NCBI RefSeq assembly: GCF_964213995.1
Contig: NW_027590119.1
Coordinates: 1,612,001 to 1,676,000, forward strand
DNA from: Mustelus asterias
Lineage: Eukaryota
Direction of reading: 5' to 3'
DNA: 64,000 nucleotides
Below are positions 23,651 through 36,814 of this stretch, one piece after another; position 1 is the first letter of the stretch; each line of letters starts with the position of its first letter. Under the pieces are notes generated by a model. It ran no database searches. It was given only the letters and a program-made list of their open reading frames with translations, and had not been told where the DNA came from. A program made the translations under genes and the position numbers.

Positions 23651-24409
23651 CTTTACAGATACTGTCAGACTTACTGAGATTTTGCAGCAACTTCTGCTTT
23701 TAGAATGACGGTGAATGCTGGATACATGAATCAGAGATTAGTGTAAAACTGGGATCTGCTCCTAAATCAAAGTGAAACAGCAGGTTAAAGTTTCCAGTCT
23801 GAAAAGTACTATGGTTATTATACTATATCTACCATTTTAAGGCTGGTTTTAACTCATTTAAAATAAACCTATTTAAAATATATTTGTTAAAGTCAGTATT
23901 AAAATACGAGTTGGATGAGTTCACAGGAGCCTGTTAACCGCTGGGACAATTATTCAACAAACATTGGATCTCCAGATAGAGAAGAAGCTGCAGTTTGTTT
24001 GCAGGAATTCCCTGTTTTATTGATGTGTGTGTGTTAGACATCAGGATAACTAAAAATACACAAACCTGGACATCAATGGTGATCTGATTGACAGTTACTC
24101 TGGGAATCACTCCCACTGTGAAACTTCAGCACTGACACTGCTGAATGTTGTCGGCTCAGGGAGTGGGACCTCCAGGAGTGGACTGTAAAAAAGCTGGGTT
24201 TCAGTCTCCTGACTAATATATGGTGAGGAACCAGAAAAATCCTTACTGAGGAACTGCCTGGGGTTTTACCAGTGTAGGTTCAGGGGCGAATGATTCCTGA
24301 CTCCCTGAAATGTCTGATATTGAACCCAGTTTGGAACAAGATTCATTCAGTTTCCAGGAGAATAGGGACAAATATCACCCACAACTGAGAGAGAGAAAAA
24401 CAGCCACCT

Positions 24410-25170
24410 TGATCAATGACTTGGATGAAGCCAGAATTGATGATACAAAGATAGGTAGAAAAGCAAGTTGTGAGGTTATTACAAAAAATCTGTAAGGGAC
24501 ACAGATAAGTTACCTGAATGGACAGAAAAATGGCAGATGGAGGATAGTGCGGGAAAGTGGGAGCTTTTCCACTTTGGCGGGAAGAATAGAGAAGCAAAAA
24601 ATTGTTTAAATATAGAGAAACTGAAGAATACTGCCGTAGAGAGGAATCTGGGTGTCCTTGTACATGAATCGTGAAAAAATAGGATGAAGGTACAGCAAGT
24701 AAAGAAGGCGGCAAATGGAGTGTTGGACTTTACTGCAAGGGGGTGGAGTTTGAAAAAGGGAACTTGCTGCACCTACACAGGACATTGCTGAGATAGCAGC
24801 TGGAATACTGTGTACGGTTCTGGTCTCCCTACTTATGGAATGACATGCTTTCATTGGAATGAGTTCAGAGAAAGTTCACCAGGCCCATTCCTAAGATGAA
24901 GGTGTTGTCTTTTGAGGAAAGGTTGTGAAGGTGTATGGGAGAATTCTCCCATCCCACCCACCACAGGAATCGTAGCAGGCTGGGGGGTCCTTTGACCTCA
25001 GGGGGGATTCTCCAGTTTTGGGGAAGTGATCCCACAGAATCCAACTCGTTGTCTTTTGGGGAAAGGTTGCACCTATACTCATTAGGTTTGGAAGAATGAG
25101 CAGTGAACATTCTGAAACCTATAAGATTCTCATGGGCAGTTGACAGGCGAGAGGCCAAGAGGATGATTCA
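24410..25170 (+). mobile_element. Degenerate CR1 RT 3' fragment
   Basis: INDLDE..DDTKIG and YCVRFWSP-like motifs. Confidence 0.75.
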
Positions 25171-25284
25171 TGAAGCAGTCTTGAACTTGGTGCCACAGAT
25201 CTACAAGGAAGCCAAGGGTATTGTTTTAGCCCTTACAGACACCAATACTTTATCCTCAGTTTTAGTCAGGTTAGTCAGAGGTTT

Positions 25285-28200
25285 AGTCAGGTGTGGTGAA
25301 AGCTTCAACCAACCATCTGGCCTTTTGGAACATAATTTGCAGTCACAGGGAGATGCCATGGAAATGTGGGGATTGTGGGAAGAACATAAGAACTAGGAGC
25401 AGGAGTAGGCCATCTGGCCCCTCGAGCCTCATGGCTGATCTTTTTATGGACTCAGCTCCACTTACCCGCCCGCTCACCATAACCTTTAATTCCTTTACTG
25501 TTCAAAAATGTATCTATCCTTGCCTTAAAAACATTCAATGAGGTAGCCCCCACTGCTTCACTGGGCAGGGAATTCCACAGATTCACAACTCTTTGTGTGA
25601 AGAAGTTCCTCCTCAACTCAGTCCTAAATCTGCTTCCCCTTACTTTGAAGCTATGCCCCCTAGTTCTAGTTTCACCCGCCAGTCGAAACAACTTCCCTGC
25701 TTATCTATTCCCTTCATAATCTTATATAAGATCTCCCCTCATTCTTCTGAATTCCAATGAGTATAGCCCCAGTCTACTCAGTCTCTCCTCATAAGCTAAC
25801 CTCCTCAACTCCGGAATCAACCTCATGAATCTCCTCTGCACCCCCTCCAGTGCCAGTATATCCTTTCTCAAGTAAGGAGACCAAAACTGTACACAGTACT
25901 CCAAGTGTGGCCTCACCAACTGCAACATAATCTCGCTGTTTTAAAACTCCATCCCTCTTGCAATGAAGGACAAAATTCCATTTACCTTCTTAATTACCTG
26001 CTGCACCTGCAAACCAACTCCTTGAGATTCCTGCATAAGGACACCCAGGTCTCTCTGCACAGCAGCAAGCTGCAATTTTTTACCATTTATATAAGAGTCC
26101 ATTTTGCTGTTATTCCTACCAAAATGGATGACCTCACATTTACCAACATTGTACTCCATCTGCCAGACCCTCGCCCACTCACTTAGATTATCTATATCCC
26201 TTTGCAGACTTTCAGCATCCTCTGCACACTTTGCTCTTCCACCCATCTTAATATCTTCTGCGAATTCTGACACACTACACTTGGTCCACAACTCCAAATC
26301 ATCTATGTAAATCGTGAACATAAGAACATAAGAAATAGGAGTAGGCCATCTAGCCCCTGAAGCCTGCTCCGCCATTCAATCAGATCATCGCTGATCTGAC
26401 AGTGGTTTCAGTTCCACTTACCCGCCCGCTCCCCATAACCCTTAATGGTTAAACATCTATCTGTCTGTGACTTAAACACATTAACAAGGTAGCCTCTACT
26501 GCTTCATTGGGCAGAGAATTCCAAAGATTCACTACCCTCTGGGAGAAGAAGTTCCTCCTCAACTCTGTTCTAAATTGACTCCCCCGTATTTTGAGGCTAT
26601 GCCCCCTGGTTCTTGTTTCCATTGTAAGTGGAAATAACATCGCTGCTTCTACCTGTCTAGCCCCTTCATTCTCTTATATGTCTCTATAAGATCTCCCCTC
26701 AACCTTCTAAACTCCAATGAGTACAGGCCCAGTCTACTCAATCTCTCCTCATAAGCTAACCCCCTCATCTCCGGAATCAACATGGTGAACCTTCTCTGTA
26801 CGCCCTCCAAAGCTAATATATCCTTTCTTAAATAAGGGGACCAAAATTGTACACAGTACTCTAGGTGCGACCTCACCAGTACCCTGTAAAGTTGCAGCAT
26901 GACCTCCCTGCTTTTATACTCCATCCCTCTCGCGATAAAGGCCAACATTCCATTTGCCTTCTTGATTATCTGCTGCACCTGCTTCATGCACAAGGACCCC
27001 CAGGTCCCTCTGCACAGTAGTGATCCCAATTGCGGTCCCAACACTGATCCCTGAGGCACACCACTAGTCACTGATCGCCAACCAGAAAAACACCCATTTA
27101 CCCCCACTCTTTGCTTTCTGTTAGTTAACCAATCCTCTATCCATGCTAATACATTACCCGTAACACTGTGCACCTTTATCTTATGCAGCAGTCTTTGGTG
27201 CGGCAACTTGTCAAATGCCTCCTGGAAATCCAGATACACCACATCCACAGGTTCCCCATTGTCCACTGCACATGAAATGTTCTCAAAGAATTCCACCAAA
27301 TTAGTCAAACATGACCTGTCCTTCATGAACCCATGCTGTGTCTTACCAATGGGACAATTTATATCCAGATGTCTCGCTATTTCTTCCTTGATGATAGATT
27401 CAAGCATTTTCCCTGCTACAGAAGTTAAGCTAACCGGCCTATGGTTACCTGCCTTTTGTCATCTTTTTCAAACAGTGGTGTCACATTTGCTGTTTTCAAT
27501 CTGCGGGAACCACCCCAGAGTCCAGCGAGTTTTGGTAAATTACCGCTAGTGCATTTGCTATTTCTCCCGCCATCACTTTTAGTAACCTGGGATGCATTCC
27601 ATCAGGGCCAGGAGACTTGTCTACCTTTAGCACCATTAACTTGCCCAACACTACCTCTTTCGTGATAATGAGAGTTTCTAGGTTCTCACCTGCCATAGCC
27701 TTCCTGTCATCAATTTTTGGCATGTTATTTGTGTCTTCCACTGTGAAGACTGACACAAAATACCTGTTCAATGCCTCAGCCATTTTCTCATTTCCAGTTA
27801 TTACATCCCCCTTCTCGTCCTCTAAAGGACCAATGTTTACTTTCGCCACTCTTTTTCATTTTATATATTTGTAGAAACTTTTGCTTTCTGTTTTTATATT
27901 CTGAGCTAGTTTACTCTCATAATCCATCTTACCTTTCTTTATAGCTTTTTTCGTGGCTTTCTGCTGACCTTTAAAGATTTCCCGATCCTCTCGGTTCCCA
28001 CTTATCTTTGCCACTTTGTATGCATTTTCTTTCAATTTGATACCTCCTTTATTTCCTTCGATATCAATGGCTGGTTATCTCTTTTTCTACAGTCTTCTTT
28101 ATCACTGGTATATACTTTTGCTGAGCACTGTGAAAGATTGCTTTGAAAATCCTCCACTGTTCCTCAATTGTCCCACCAGAAAGTTTTTGTCCCAGTCTAC

Positions 28201-28880
28201 CTGAGCCAACTCCTCCTTCATCCCTTTATAGTCTCCTTAGTTTAAGTACAAGACACTGGTTTTGGATTTTACCTTCTCACGCTCCATCTGTATTTTAAAT
28301 TCAACCAAGGAAGGAATTCAATTACCCATCACTGCTGGAAACTCATTGACGCAGTCACACTGGGGAGAGGCCATTCATCTGTCCCCAGTGTGGGAAGGGA
28401 TTTGCTCACTCACCTACTCTGCTGAGACACCAGCAAATTCACACTGGGACGAGGCCATTCAACTGCTCTTGTGTAGGAAGGGGTTCAGTTGGTCATCCAG
28501 TCTCCTGACACACCAGCGAGTTCACACCGCGGAGAAGCCATTCACCTGCTCCCGGTGTGAGAAGAGATTCGCTGGACTCATTCAACCTAGCAATACACTG
28601 GCGAACTCACAAAGAGGAGAGGCCATTCACCTGCTCCCAGTGTGGGAAGGGATTTAATAGTCATCCAAACGAGCAGTACACCAGCGAGTTCACACTGGAG
28701 AGAGGCCTTTTACCTACTGTGTGTGTGTGGCAAGAGATTCATTGACTCATCCAGCCTAGCAATACACCAGCGAATTCACAAAGGGGAGAGGCCATTCACT
28801 TGCTCCCGGTGTGGGAAGGGATATGTTACCTCATCCACTCTTCTGAGACACCAGTGAATTCACAAGGAACTATTGTGATT
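25285..28880 (+). pseudogene. ZNF pseudogene (paralog of 38652-39620) split by nested CR1 insertions
   Basis: 25285-25383 and 28308-28880 join into [19 protein letters not shown]...; frameshifts and stops. Confidence 0.85.
25382..28307 (-). mobile_element. CR1 LINE (~2.2 kb) with a second CR1 (26317-27025) nested inside
   Basis: Two aacataagaac tails; host GSVLGPQL|FTIYIDDL split at 26320/27027. Confidence 0.88.
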
Positions 28881-29196
28881 GTATTTTCCTGTTGAGCATA
28901 TTCAGACTAAACCATGTTCCTTTGGGTCTGTTTCTGCTGAATTGAAAAATAACTTCAGCTCTGTTTAGGTGTTCATATAGTTGGTCTGAGAAGAGGAGGA
29001 TTTGGGGTCAGGAAACTTGTACAAAGCATCAGATTATCTGAACAGCAGAGAATTTTGTACATGGAAGGAAACAACTCCATTCTCAATCACATTAGGGAGA
29101 AGCCATGCAACTGTGGAGACTGAAGTGATTGGTGGACCATTTTTTATGGTTTTCTAATTCAGCACATTTCTATTTTTATTAGTTTACTATCATATT

Positions 29197-29485
29197 ATGG
29201 TGAGCACTGCTGCCTCACAGCGCCAAGGACTCGGGTTTGATTCCTGGCTTGGGTCACTGTCTGTGTGGAGTTTGCACGTTCTCCCCGTGTCTGCATGGGT
29301 TTCCTCCGATGCTCCAGTTTCCTCCCAGTCGGAAAGACATGCTGGTTCGGTGCATCGGCTATGCTAAATTCTCCCTCCTGTGTATCCGAATAGGAGCCGG
29401 AGTGTGGCAACTCGGGGATTTTCAGGAACTTCATTGCTGTGTTAATGTAAGCCTACTTGTGACACTAATCAATAAACTTAAACTA
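29197..29485 (+). mobile_element. V-SINE-type SINE, alternative-tail subtype
   Basis: Same head/core; tail ...gtgttaatgtaagcctacttgtgacactaatcaataaa. Confidence 0.8.
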
Positions 29486-29539
29486 TTTTACATGTAGCTG
29501 CACTGTATCTTTCCAGTCAGAGTCATTACAGCTCAGAAG

Positions 29540-30030
29540 GAATGCATTGGGTTTCTCAAACCTATTTGACTCTTTGTAGACGAGTTACACGGCCTGAAAA
29601 AAACATCACAACATGCAGCGTGGGGAGAAACCGTAGACATGTTCTGTGTGTGGACGGAGCTTCAACCTGGAGAGATACAAGGACTCTGGCACCACAGAGA
29701 AACTGTGGAAATGGGAGGATTGTGGGAAGGGATTCAATTCCCCATCTGCACTGAAAACTCATCAATGCAGTCACACTGGGGTAGAGGCTGTTCAGTCGTG
29801 CTGACTGTGGGAAGAGATTCACTCAGTCATCTGCTCTGCAGAAACAGCAAGTTCACACTGGAGAGAGACCATTCACCTGCTCTGAGTTTGGGAAAGGATT
29901 CACTGAGGCATCATCTGTGGAGACACCAGAGAGTTCATCTTGGTGAGAGGCCATTTACTGGCACTCAGTGTGGGAGCAAAAGAATGATTCAACCCCTGTT
30001 GAGACATTATGGCAATCACTCAGATTAGAC
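29540..30030 (+). pseudogene. Decayed C2H2 zinc-finger array
   Basis: Frameshifted finger repeats; start ATG lost (caccACAgagaaac). Confidence 0.8.
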
Positions 30031-30053
30031 CCATTATCTGCTCCAACTCTGGG

Positions 30054-32550
30054 TGTTAACTAAATTATTTGAGATTAAATATATACAAATGGAGGGCATT
30101 GATTGGATGAGTGCAAATAAAGAGACACTGTCACAGAGTGGAGTTGGGAGGTATGTACTTGTAATGTTTTACTCTGCAAATAAATCTATTCCAAATAAAG
30201 GTTAGCTTCAGTTTCTTCCTTCACCATAACGCTGTCAGGATTATAACATGGTAACAGGGAATGTTTGTCTCATGGTGAATTTTAAAAACTAAAGGAAAGT
30301 ATATTTCAGGCAGGAGCTGACAATCCCAGTAGCTTTTGTGAGAAATGGTTGAAAGGCAGTGGGAATTGTCAGGGTCTGATTCCCCGCTGATGTTCTTGAA
30401 GTCTGAACCACACGATCAATGTAAGAATGAAGTGGAGATGTGGACACGGGTTACATCCCTACTAAGGAGAAAACAAGGTCTGGCCTTGGCACTGTCACTT
30501 CTTGACAAAAAGATCAGAAGCAAAGTATTTTGTGAGCTGGATGTCCATCAGTTGGATACTGATGAAGGTTTGAATCTTTTATAAAGATTCATTGAGATTT
30601 ACAAGATAGATGATCTATTGGATGCCTATGAAGCATGATTGGATTTTGACAAGTTTCGTGTGAGGGTGAAAGCATCTTTAGTGCGTCTGGATATCGCAAC
30701 AAAAGACAGGATTGGAACAGCGCTAATAGGTGATTGAACGCCAGCAATGACTGGGGAACTATTAACAGGTGTTTCAGGTCTGAATGAAAACATCATCATG
30801 TGATAAACTTTCACAGTGAGACACAACACAGAGAATTCTGAGGCTGAACACAATGATGATGGATATCACTCTGAAGGAATTGGAATATCATAAGGAATTT
30901 GGTCCAGTGATGAGTGTGTTAGTCACAGACTCAGTCACCTGTTCTGTGTTTGATACATACAAGCATATGAGTTAGGAGCAAGCATTGGCCACTCAGCCCC
31001 TCGAGTCTGCTCTGTCATTCAGTAAGATAATGGCTGATCTGATTGTAACCTCAACCCCACATTCCCACTTACCCCGTTAATCTTTCACCCCCTTGATAAT
31101 CAAGAATCTATCTCACTCTGCCTTCAAAATATTCAAAGGTGATTCTTACAGCAACTTTTGAGGAAGAGTTCCAGGAACTCTCAACCCTGTGAAAAAAATC
31201 TTTCCTCATCTCTGCTTTAAATGAACTTATTTTAAACAGTGAGCCCTCATTCTAGATTCTCCTACTCGAGGAAACATGCCCTCCACATCCACCCTGTCAA
31301 AATGCCTCAGGATCTTATATGGTTCAGTCAAGTTGCTTCTTACTCTTCTAAACTCCAGGGGACAAAACCCTCACCTGTCTAACCTTGCCTCATAATCCCA
31401 TTCCACAGTGGCTGCACCTCGACAGTGTGTGGATCAGATTGAAGATGTTACCCAGATTCACCTCATGGTGAAGAGCCACACAAGGTTAAGGAGTATGAAA
31501 GGTTTCCAGTTGGTGATATCAATAGATTGAAGCCACTAAAGAGAGTGTTGATTCGATGTAAAGTAGCTGGAGTCAGCACTCCAGGACTGGTGTAGTCTGG
31601 TGTGTCTGACAGTGAACCTCCTCAGTTTAATGTTGAGTGAATCTTCCATGAAAAAGGCACAAATGCAACTGGACATGGAACAAGGTATGATTGTTTTATT
31701 TGGAAAGTCAGTAGATCTGCAGTTTACTCAATCAGGACATTATCGTATCCTCTTAACAAAACCTGATGTTTCTAATCCTCGGGTTCGAGAAGGATTCATG
31801 GCATCAGGTGAAGAGAATCAGAAAAAAATTACAAATTGTCTTAAAGCGACACAATTTGCTCGTCCTATCTAACAAAGATTAAAAATCCTGCTAAAAGATG
31901 CAGGGCTGGTTGATGAAGAGTATACGAGACTCAGAACAGATTAGTACAAAGTATCGGACAATGCCATTACATCCTTGGCTCATGAAGAAGTTGCTGTGCA
32001 TCTAAAGGTATGAGACAAAGACAGAATTATTTTCATTCTACACTTTATCGATATGGTAACCCAACTTAGTCTTTCTCCAATCATACATGGTAAGGACAAA
32101 AGGATGATTCTAGAACAAGTCATTGAGAAGTGGATAGGGACTGGACCTGGGGCACCAGCGAGGTTTCTGACTGATAATGGAGGGGAATTTGTTAATGATG
32201 AGTTTGGAGAAGTGTGAAAACATGAACATTCTGGTCAGGAACACGGCAGCTGAAAGTCCTTTCAGTGATGGACTCTGTGAAAGGAATCACACGGTGATCG
32301 ATGAAATGCTGCAGAAAATCTCAGCTGATCAGCCAAACTGCAAGTTGATAACTGCACTGGCCTGGACGGTTCATGTAAAGAATTCACTTCAGATGGTTGG
32401 AGGGTATAATCCTTGTCAATTGGTTTGGGAGAAATCCCAAATTACCCTCTGTGCCGGGTGATAAACCTTCTGCTTTTGAAGGGATGACAATTAGCACAAT
32501 TTTTATTCATTTATTATCGAATTGTTTCACTAAAATAATTGCTCGAGCTA
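30054..32550 (+). mobile_element. Decayed Copia-type LTR retrotransposon: LTR-PBS-gag-PR-IN
   Basis: TGTT..AACA LTR (30054-30248), PBS-like TGGTAACAGGGAATG, gag ORF at 30345, protease VFD/SGCTSTVCG split by a LINE piece (30955-31405), integrase TDNGGEF..TAAESPFSDGLCERNH directly after PR. Confidence 0.75.
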
Positions 32551-33714
32551 AGAAATTGTGGATCCTAGAAGAGCGGTGTCTTATAATGTAATACTTTGTA
32601 CAAAATAAAGAACATCATATTTTTCTTCTACGATTTGTTTTGAAATATTGTTGTGTGAGTTGTTACAATTCGGGTTGGAAACATTATCGTTTCAAGAGAA
32701 ATTTAAACACCCAGCGATTAACTGAAAAGATTACATCAGAAGATTGCAGGTTTTTAAACAAAAACAAACTTTATATATAAAACAAAAGAAATATTAAAAA
32801 CCAGCATGATCAATTATATTTTATGAAGATTTATGCTGTAAACTCAGTTCTACTTTTCGATCCCTCTTTAGTTCTGAAGAGTCACGTGGACTCAAAACAT
32901 GAACTCTATTTTCACTCACCACAGATGTTGTCAGACCGACTGAGTTTTTGCAGTATTTTTCAGCTTTTGTTTCTACTTTTTACACCCCCCCCCACCCCAC
33001 CCCAACAAAAGAGTTCCCTTATATTTAACAACATAGAAACATCGAAACTAGAGGCAGGAGTAGGTCATTTGGCCCTTTGAACCTGCTCCACCATTTATTG
33101 TGACCATGGCTGATCATCGACTTCAATATCCTGATCCCTCCCTGCCTCCCTATCCCTTGACCCTTTTAGACCCAAGAGCTAGATCTAATTTCTTCTTGAA
33201 GGTTCATTCACTTCTGTTCCAGGAACCATCCCAAAGGAATGTCAAAGCTCTCCAAGATTCACTTCAATTCTCCTCACTTTTCCAGCTATTCTCCAAGCTC
33301 CAAGATTTTATGGGGGTCCTTCCATTAGCTTTTGATGAAACAACTCTCCAACTTTCCATTAAGACCTCAAAACTGTGGCCTTCTCAGTTCAAGCATGGGC
33401 TTCACTGTGTTCTTCCTGAGGGATTTAAACATTGGGAACACCTCTGATTCCTAATGACCTTCTCGGCTCCTGGTCCCACAGCTGACGGTTTCCAAGCTAA
33501 CTGCAGACTGCCTGCTTTCTGTGAGAAACACCCAAAATTCCAACCAAGCTCCACCCTGAATCACTTATCCCCATGGTAACAGAGACCAATTGGGATGTCC
33601 AATAGATGTTTAAATTAATTAACTTGTAATTTCAAAACCAAACATGTAACCCTGAGGTCTGCCTGATGAGTTCCCCTCTGTAACAAAGGCAGGACGATAA
33701 GTGTCAGACGCAAT

Positions 33715-33826
33715 GGCCCTCATTTTACCGGCACGCTCGCCGAGGCTAGCAGAATGGCATTCTCCATTGCCCTCGGGCACGATCTTACGAGCCTCGGGCG
33801 GGCGGGCGTGCCGGTAAAATTCCGGC
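33715..33826. mobile_element. 112-bp MITE, Harbinger-like
   Basis: Terminal inverted repeats attttaccggcacgc / gcgtgccggtaaaat, AAT on both sides, empty site in the paralog at ~4503. Confidence 0.8.
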
Positions 33827-34498
33827 AATGTCTCCAGGTCTCCTGCTAAAAGAGGCTGAGCCCAGCCCCCTTTTTACAGCATTAGCTGCTGTACTTTGCT
33901 CAATAAGAGCTTAAATGTCCCAAATCTTGCGTTAATTATGCTACTTCCAGCTGATTTGAAAATGTGATTTTCAGTATCTACAATAATCAAATATCCCGTG
34001 GTTGTTTTTTCTGAATCAAATTACTGGCAATCTTCTTGAATGAACATGTCAAAACTGAGGGAATTCCCTCTGTGTATTTAATTAGAAATGTCTCACTGTG
34101 ACTCAAAAAGAGGAAGAGTCCAGCTGCCCTTTTACAGTTCTTATCCTTCCAGCTTTGACTCCTTAAATCAACATGGGCCACATCTTGTGATTGCAAAGTC
34201 CCTTAGGGTGTTTTTAGCAGATTCTCAACCCAGATTTTTCATTTAAAACTAATTCTCAAGCTCAAAGTTAATTTGTAAAACAGGAATGATTAGATAGACA
34301 CAAACCTCTTCCTCAGGAAGAAATGAAAATGTATCACCATCTAAATATCCTATTTAGAATATTACAATTTTCTGTACATATTAATAACAGCCATGATCAT
34401 ATTGAATGGCGGAGCAGCTCAAAGAGCATCAGCCCACTGGAAGCAAAGTCATGAGATTGGTCAGTCCAGCAGAAAGAAACCCTCCGACCGTCCCACTT

Positions 34499-34832
34499 TG
34501 GGGAGGCGATGGCCTAGTGGTATTATCGCTAGACTATTAATCCAGAAACGCAGCTAATGTTCTGGGGACATGGGTTCGAATCCCACCACGGCAGATGGTG
34601 GAATTTGACTAAAAAATATCTGGAATTAAGAATCTACTGATGACCATGAAACCGTTGTCGATGGTCAGCGTTCTTGAGGGAAGGAAATTTGCCATCCTTA
34701 CCTGGTCTGGCCTATATGTGATTCCAGAGCCACAGCAATGTGACTGACACTCAACTGCCCTCTCGAGAGAAACTAGGGATGGGCAATAAACGCTGACCAG
34801 CGACACCCATGTCCCACGAATGAATAATAAAA
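34499..34832 (+). mobile_element. tRNA-derived SINE with L2/CR1-type tail, inserted in a ZNF 3' UTR
   Basis: A box tggcctagtgg, B box ggttcgaatcc; tail resembles the LINE end at 7270-7340. Confidence 0.8.
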
Positions 34833-35038
34833 CTGTCAGAGTGAACATGGTTCAGTTCTGGATGTGAATAACAGCAGCAATAACAGCAGTCCCTGTAATC
34901 ACTTGTGAACTCGCTGGTATCTGAACAGATTGGATAACTGAGTGAATGCCATCCTGCACAGACCCAGTGAATGGTCTCTCCCCAGCATAAGACACTGGTG
35001 TGTCATAAGGTTGGATGAATCAATGATTGCTTTCTCAC

Positions 35039-35647
35039 TCAGCTGAACAGCCTCTCCCTACTGTGAACTCGCTGGTGTGTCTGCAAGTGAGATAATCGAT
35101 TAAATCTCATCTCACACTCTGGACAGCTGAATGGCCTCTCCCCTGTGTGAACTCGCTCGTGTCTCAGCAGGTCAGATGAAGTAGTGAATGCTTTCCCACA
35201 CTCAGAGCAGGTGAACGGTCTCTCCCTGGTGTGAACTCGCTGGTGTATCTGTAGGTTGTAGGAGAGAGAGAATCCCTTTCCACATTCAGAGCAGGTGAAT
35301 GGCCTCTCCCCAGTGTGAACTCGCTGGTGTGTCTGCAACTGAGATAACCGACTGAAACTCATCACACACTTGGAGCAGGTAAATGGCCTCTCCCCACTGT
35401 GAATTCGCTGGTGTATCCGGAGGTTGGAAGAGCGAGAGAATCCCTTTCCACACTGTGAACAGATGAACGGCCTCTCCCCTGTGTGAACCCGCTGGTGTGT
35501 CATTAAGTCGGATGAAGTAGTAAATCCCTTTGCACACTTAGTGCAGGTGAATGGTCTCTCCCCAGTGTGACTGCGCCGATGAATTTCCAGCTCCGAGGGG
35601 AATCTGAATCCCTTCCCACAATGTCCACATTTCCACAGTTTCTCCAT
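35039..35647 (-). CDS. C2H2 zinc-finger protein, 7 intact fingers (further decayed fingers to ~34900)
   Basis: Open ORF MEKLWKC...; gcaccATGg; acceptor at ~35875; upstream donor at ~36473-36478. Confidence 0.85.
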   Translation of the reverse strand: MEKLWKCGHCGKGFRFPSELEIHRRSHTGERPFTCTKCAKGFTTSSDLMTHQRVHTGERPFICSQCGKGFSRSSNLRIHQRIHSGERPFTCSKCVMSFSRLSQLQTHQRVHTGERPFTCSECGKGFSLSYNLQIHQRVHTRERPFTCSECGKAFTTSSDLLRHERVHTGERPFSCPECEMRFNRLSHLQTHQRVHSRERLFS

Positions 35648-36494
35648 GGTGCCAGTGTCCTTGTATCTCTCCAGGTTTGCTGATTAGTTGCGGTTGGTGT
35701 GTGTGTATGTGTTACACCAATGTTTAAAATCTTTTGAAGCAGATAAAAGAGAGAAATATTTCTCCTGGACTCAAATGCCGATAATATTCTGGTACCAATA
35801 ATCGAACAATTCTGTTAATTCTTCACTTGACGTTTCCTTTGAGATTTCAATCTGTAAATCCTTCCCTCCATTATCCTGTAAAAGGAGTTGACAAAAGTCA
35901 TCACCGTCAGTACTGGATAGAAATTCAGAACAGATAATTCTGAATATAACTGGACTAAAAACATGTGGTATACAATGCTGCATTTCTTAATTAGATAGGT
36001 GATGGGAAGGAGATTTGAGAAAACTATATTTACTCCAAATTTTAAAAGCAATCTTTCTGAATTGTAATGTCTCTTTGACTGGAACTATATAACATAACTA
36101 CATGCTATAATTACAAGAATAAAACAATGAATCTTATTACCAAAACATAAATATACCAAATATATGAACACAAGATATATCTCTGTTGTGACTAATCTAA
36201 AAAGTAAACAAATTTCCAGAAAGTTCCAATGGAATACTGAAGGACAAGGTTTCACATTTTAAAAAATACTTTACAAATCAATCTAAAACCAGCATCACTA
36301 AATCATGCAGAGAGAAACACTATTTGAATGCACAAGATAAATTACACTTTAAAAAGCTCAGACAATAAAAACAGGTTTCACAAAATCACAAACATTTCCC
36401 CCTCAGTATATTTGGCTCTAATTCCAGTTACAGAACTCTCTGTAATTCCCAGGGGGAGAAAGAAAGTGTTTTACTCACAGATGTTGTCCAGAGG

Positions 36495-36700
36495 ATGAAG
36501 TTTGAGTCTGTGTGTGAGGTTTGAGTCTGTGTGTGAAGTTTGAGTGTGTGTGTGAAGTTTGAGTGTGTGGTGAAGTTTGAGTCTGTGTGTGAAGTTTGAG
36601 TCTGTGTGTGAAGTTTGAGTCTGTGGTGAAGTTTGAGTCTGTGGTGAAGTTTGAGTCTGTGGTGAAGTTTGAGTCTGTGTGTGAAGTTTGAGTCTGTGGT
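36495..36700. repeat. 19-20-bp minisatellite, ~10-11 units
   Basis: Repeated tgaagtttgagtctgtg(tg). Confidence 0.95.
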
Positions 36701-36814
36701 CAAGCTACAAACAGAAGCTGTTCTGTTTCAAATCAAACTGCGGGACTTGGAAGAAAATGATGGGAAGAGATTTTGCAAAGTCCCCTCCCCCACTCCCTCA
36801 GCTGGCAGCCCAGC

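Noticed and set aside
34499-34590. tRNA gene
   Set aside because: A/B boxes belong to a SINE head and continue into SINE body and tail; the same applies to HE1-type heads
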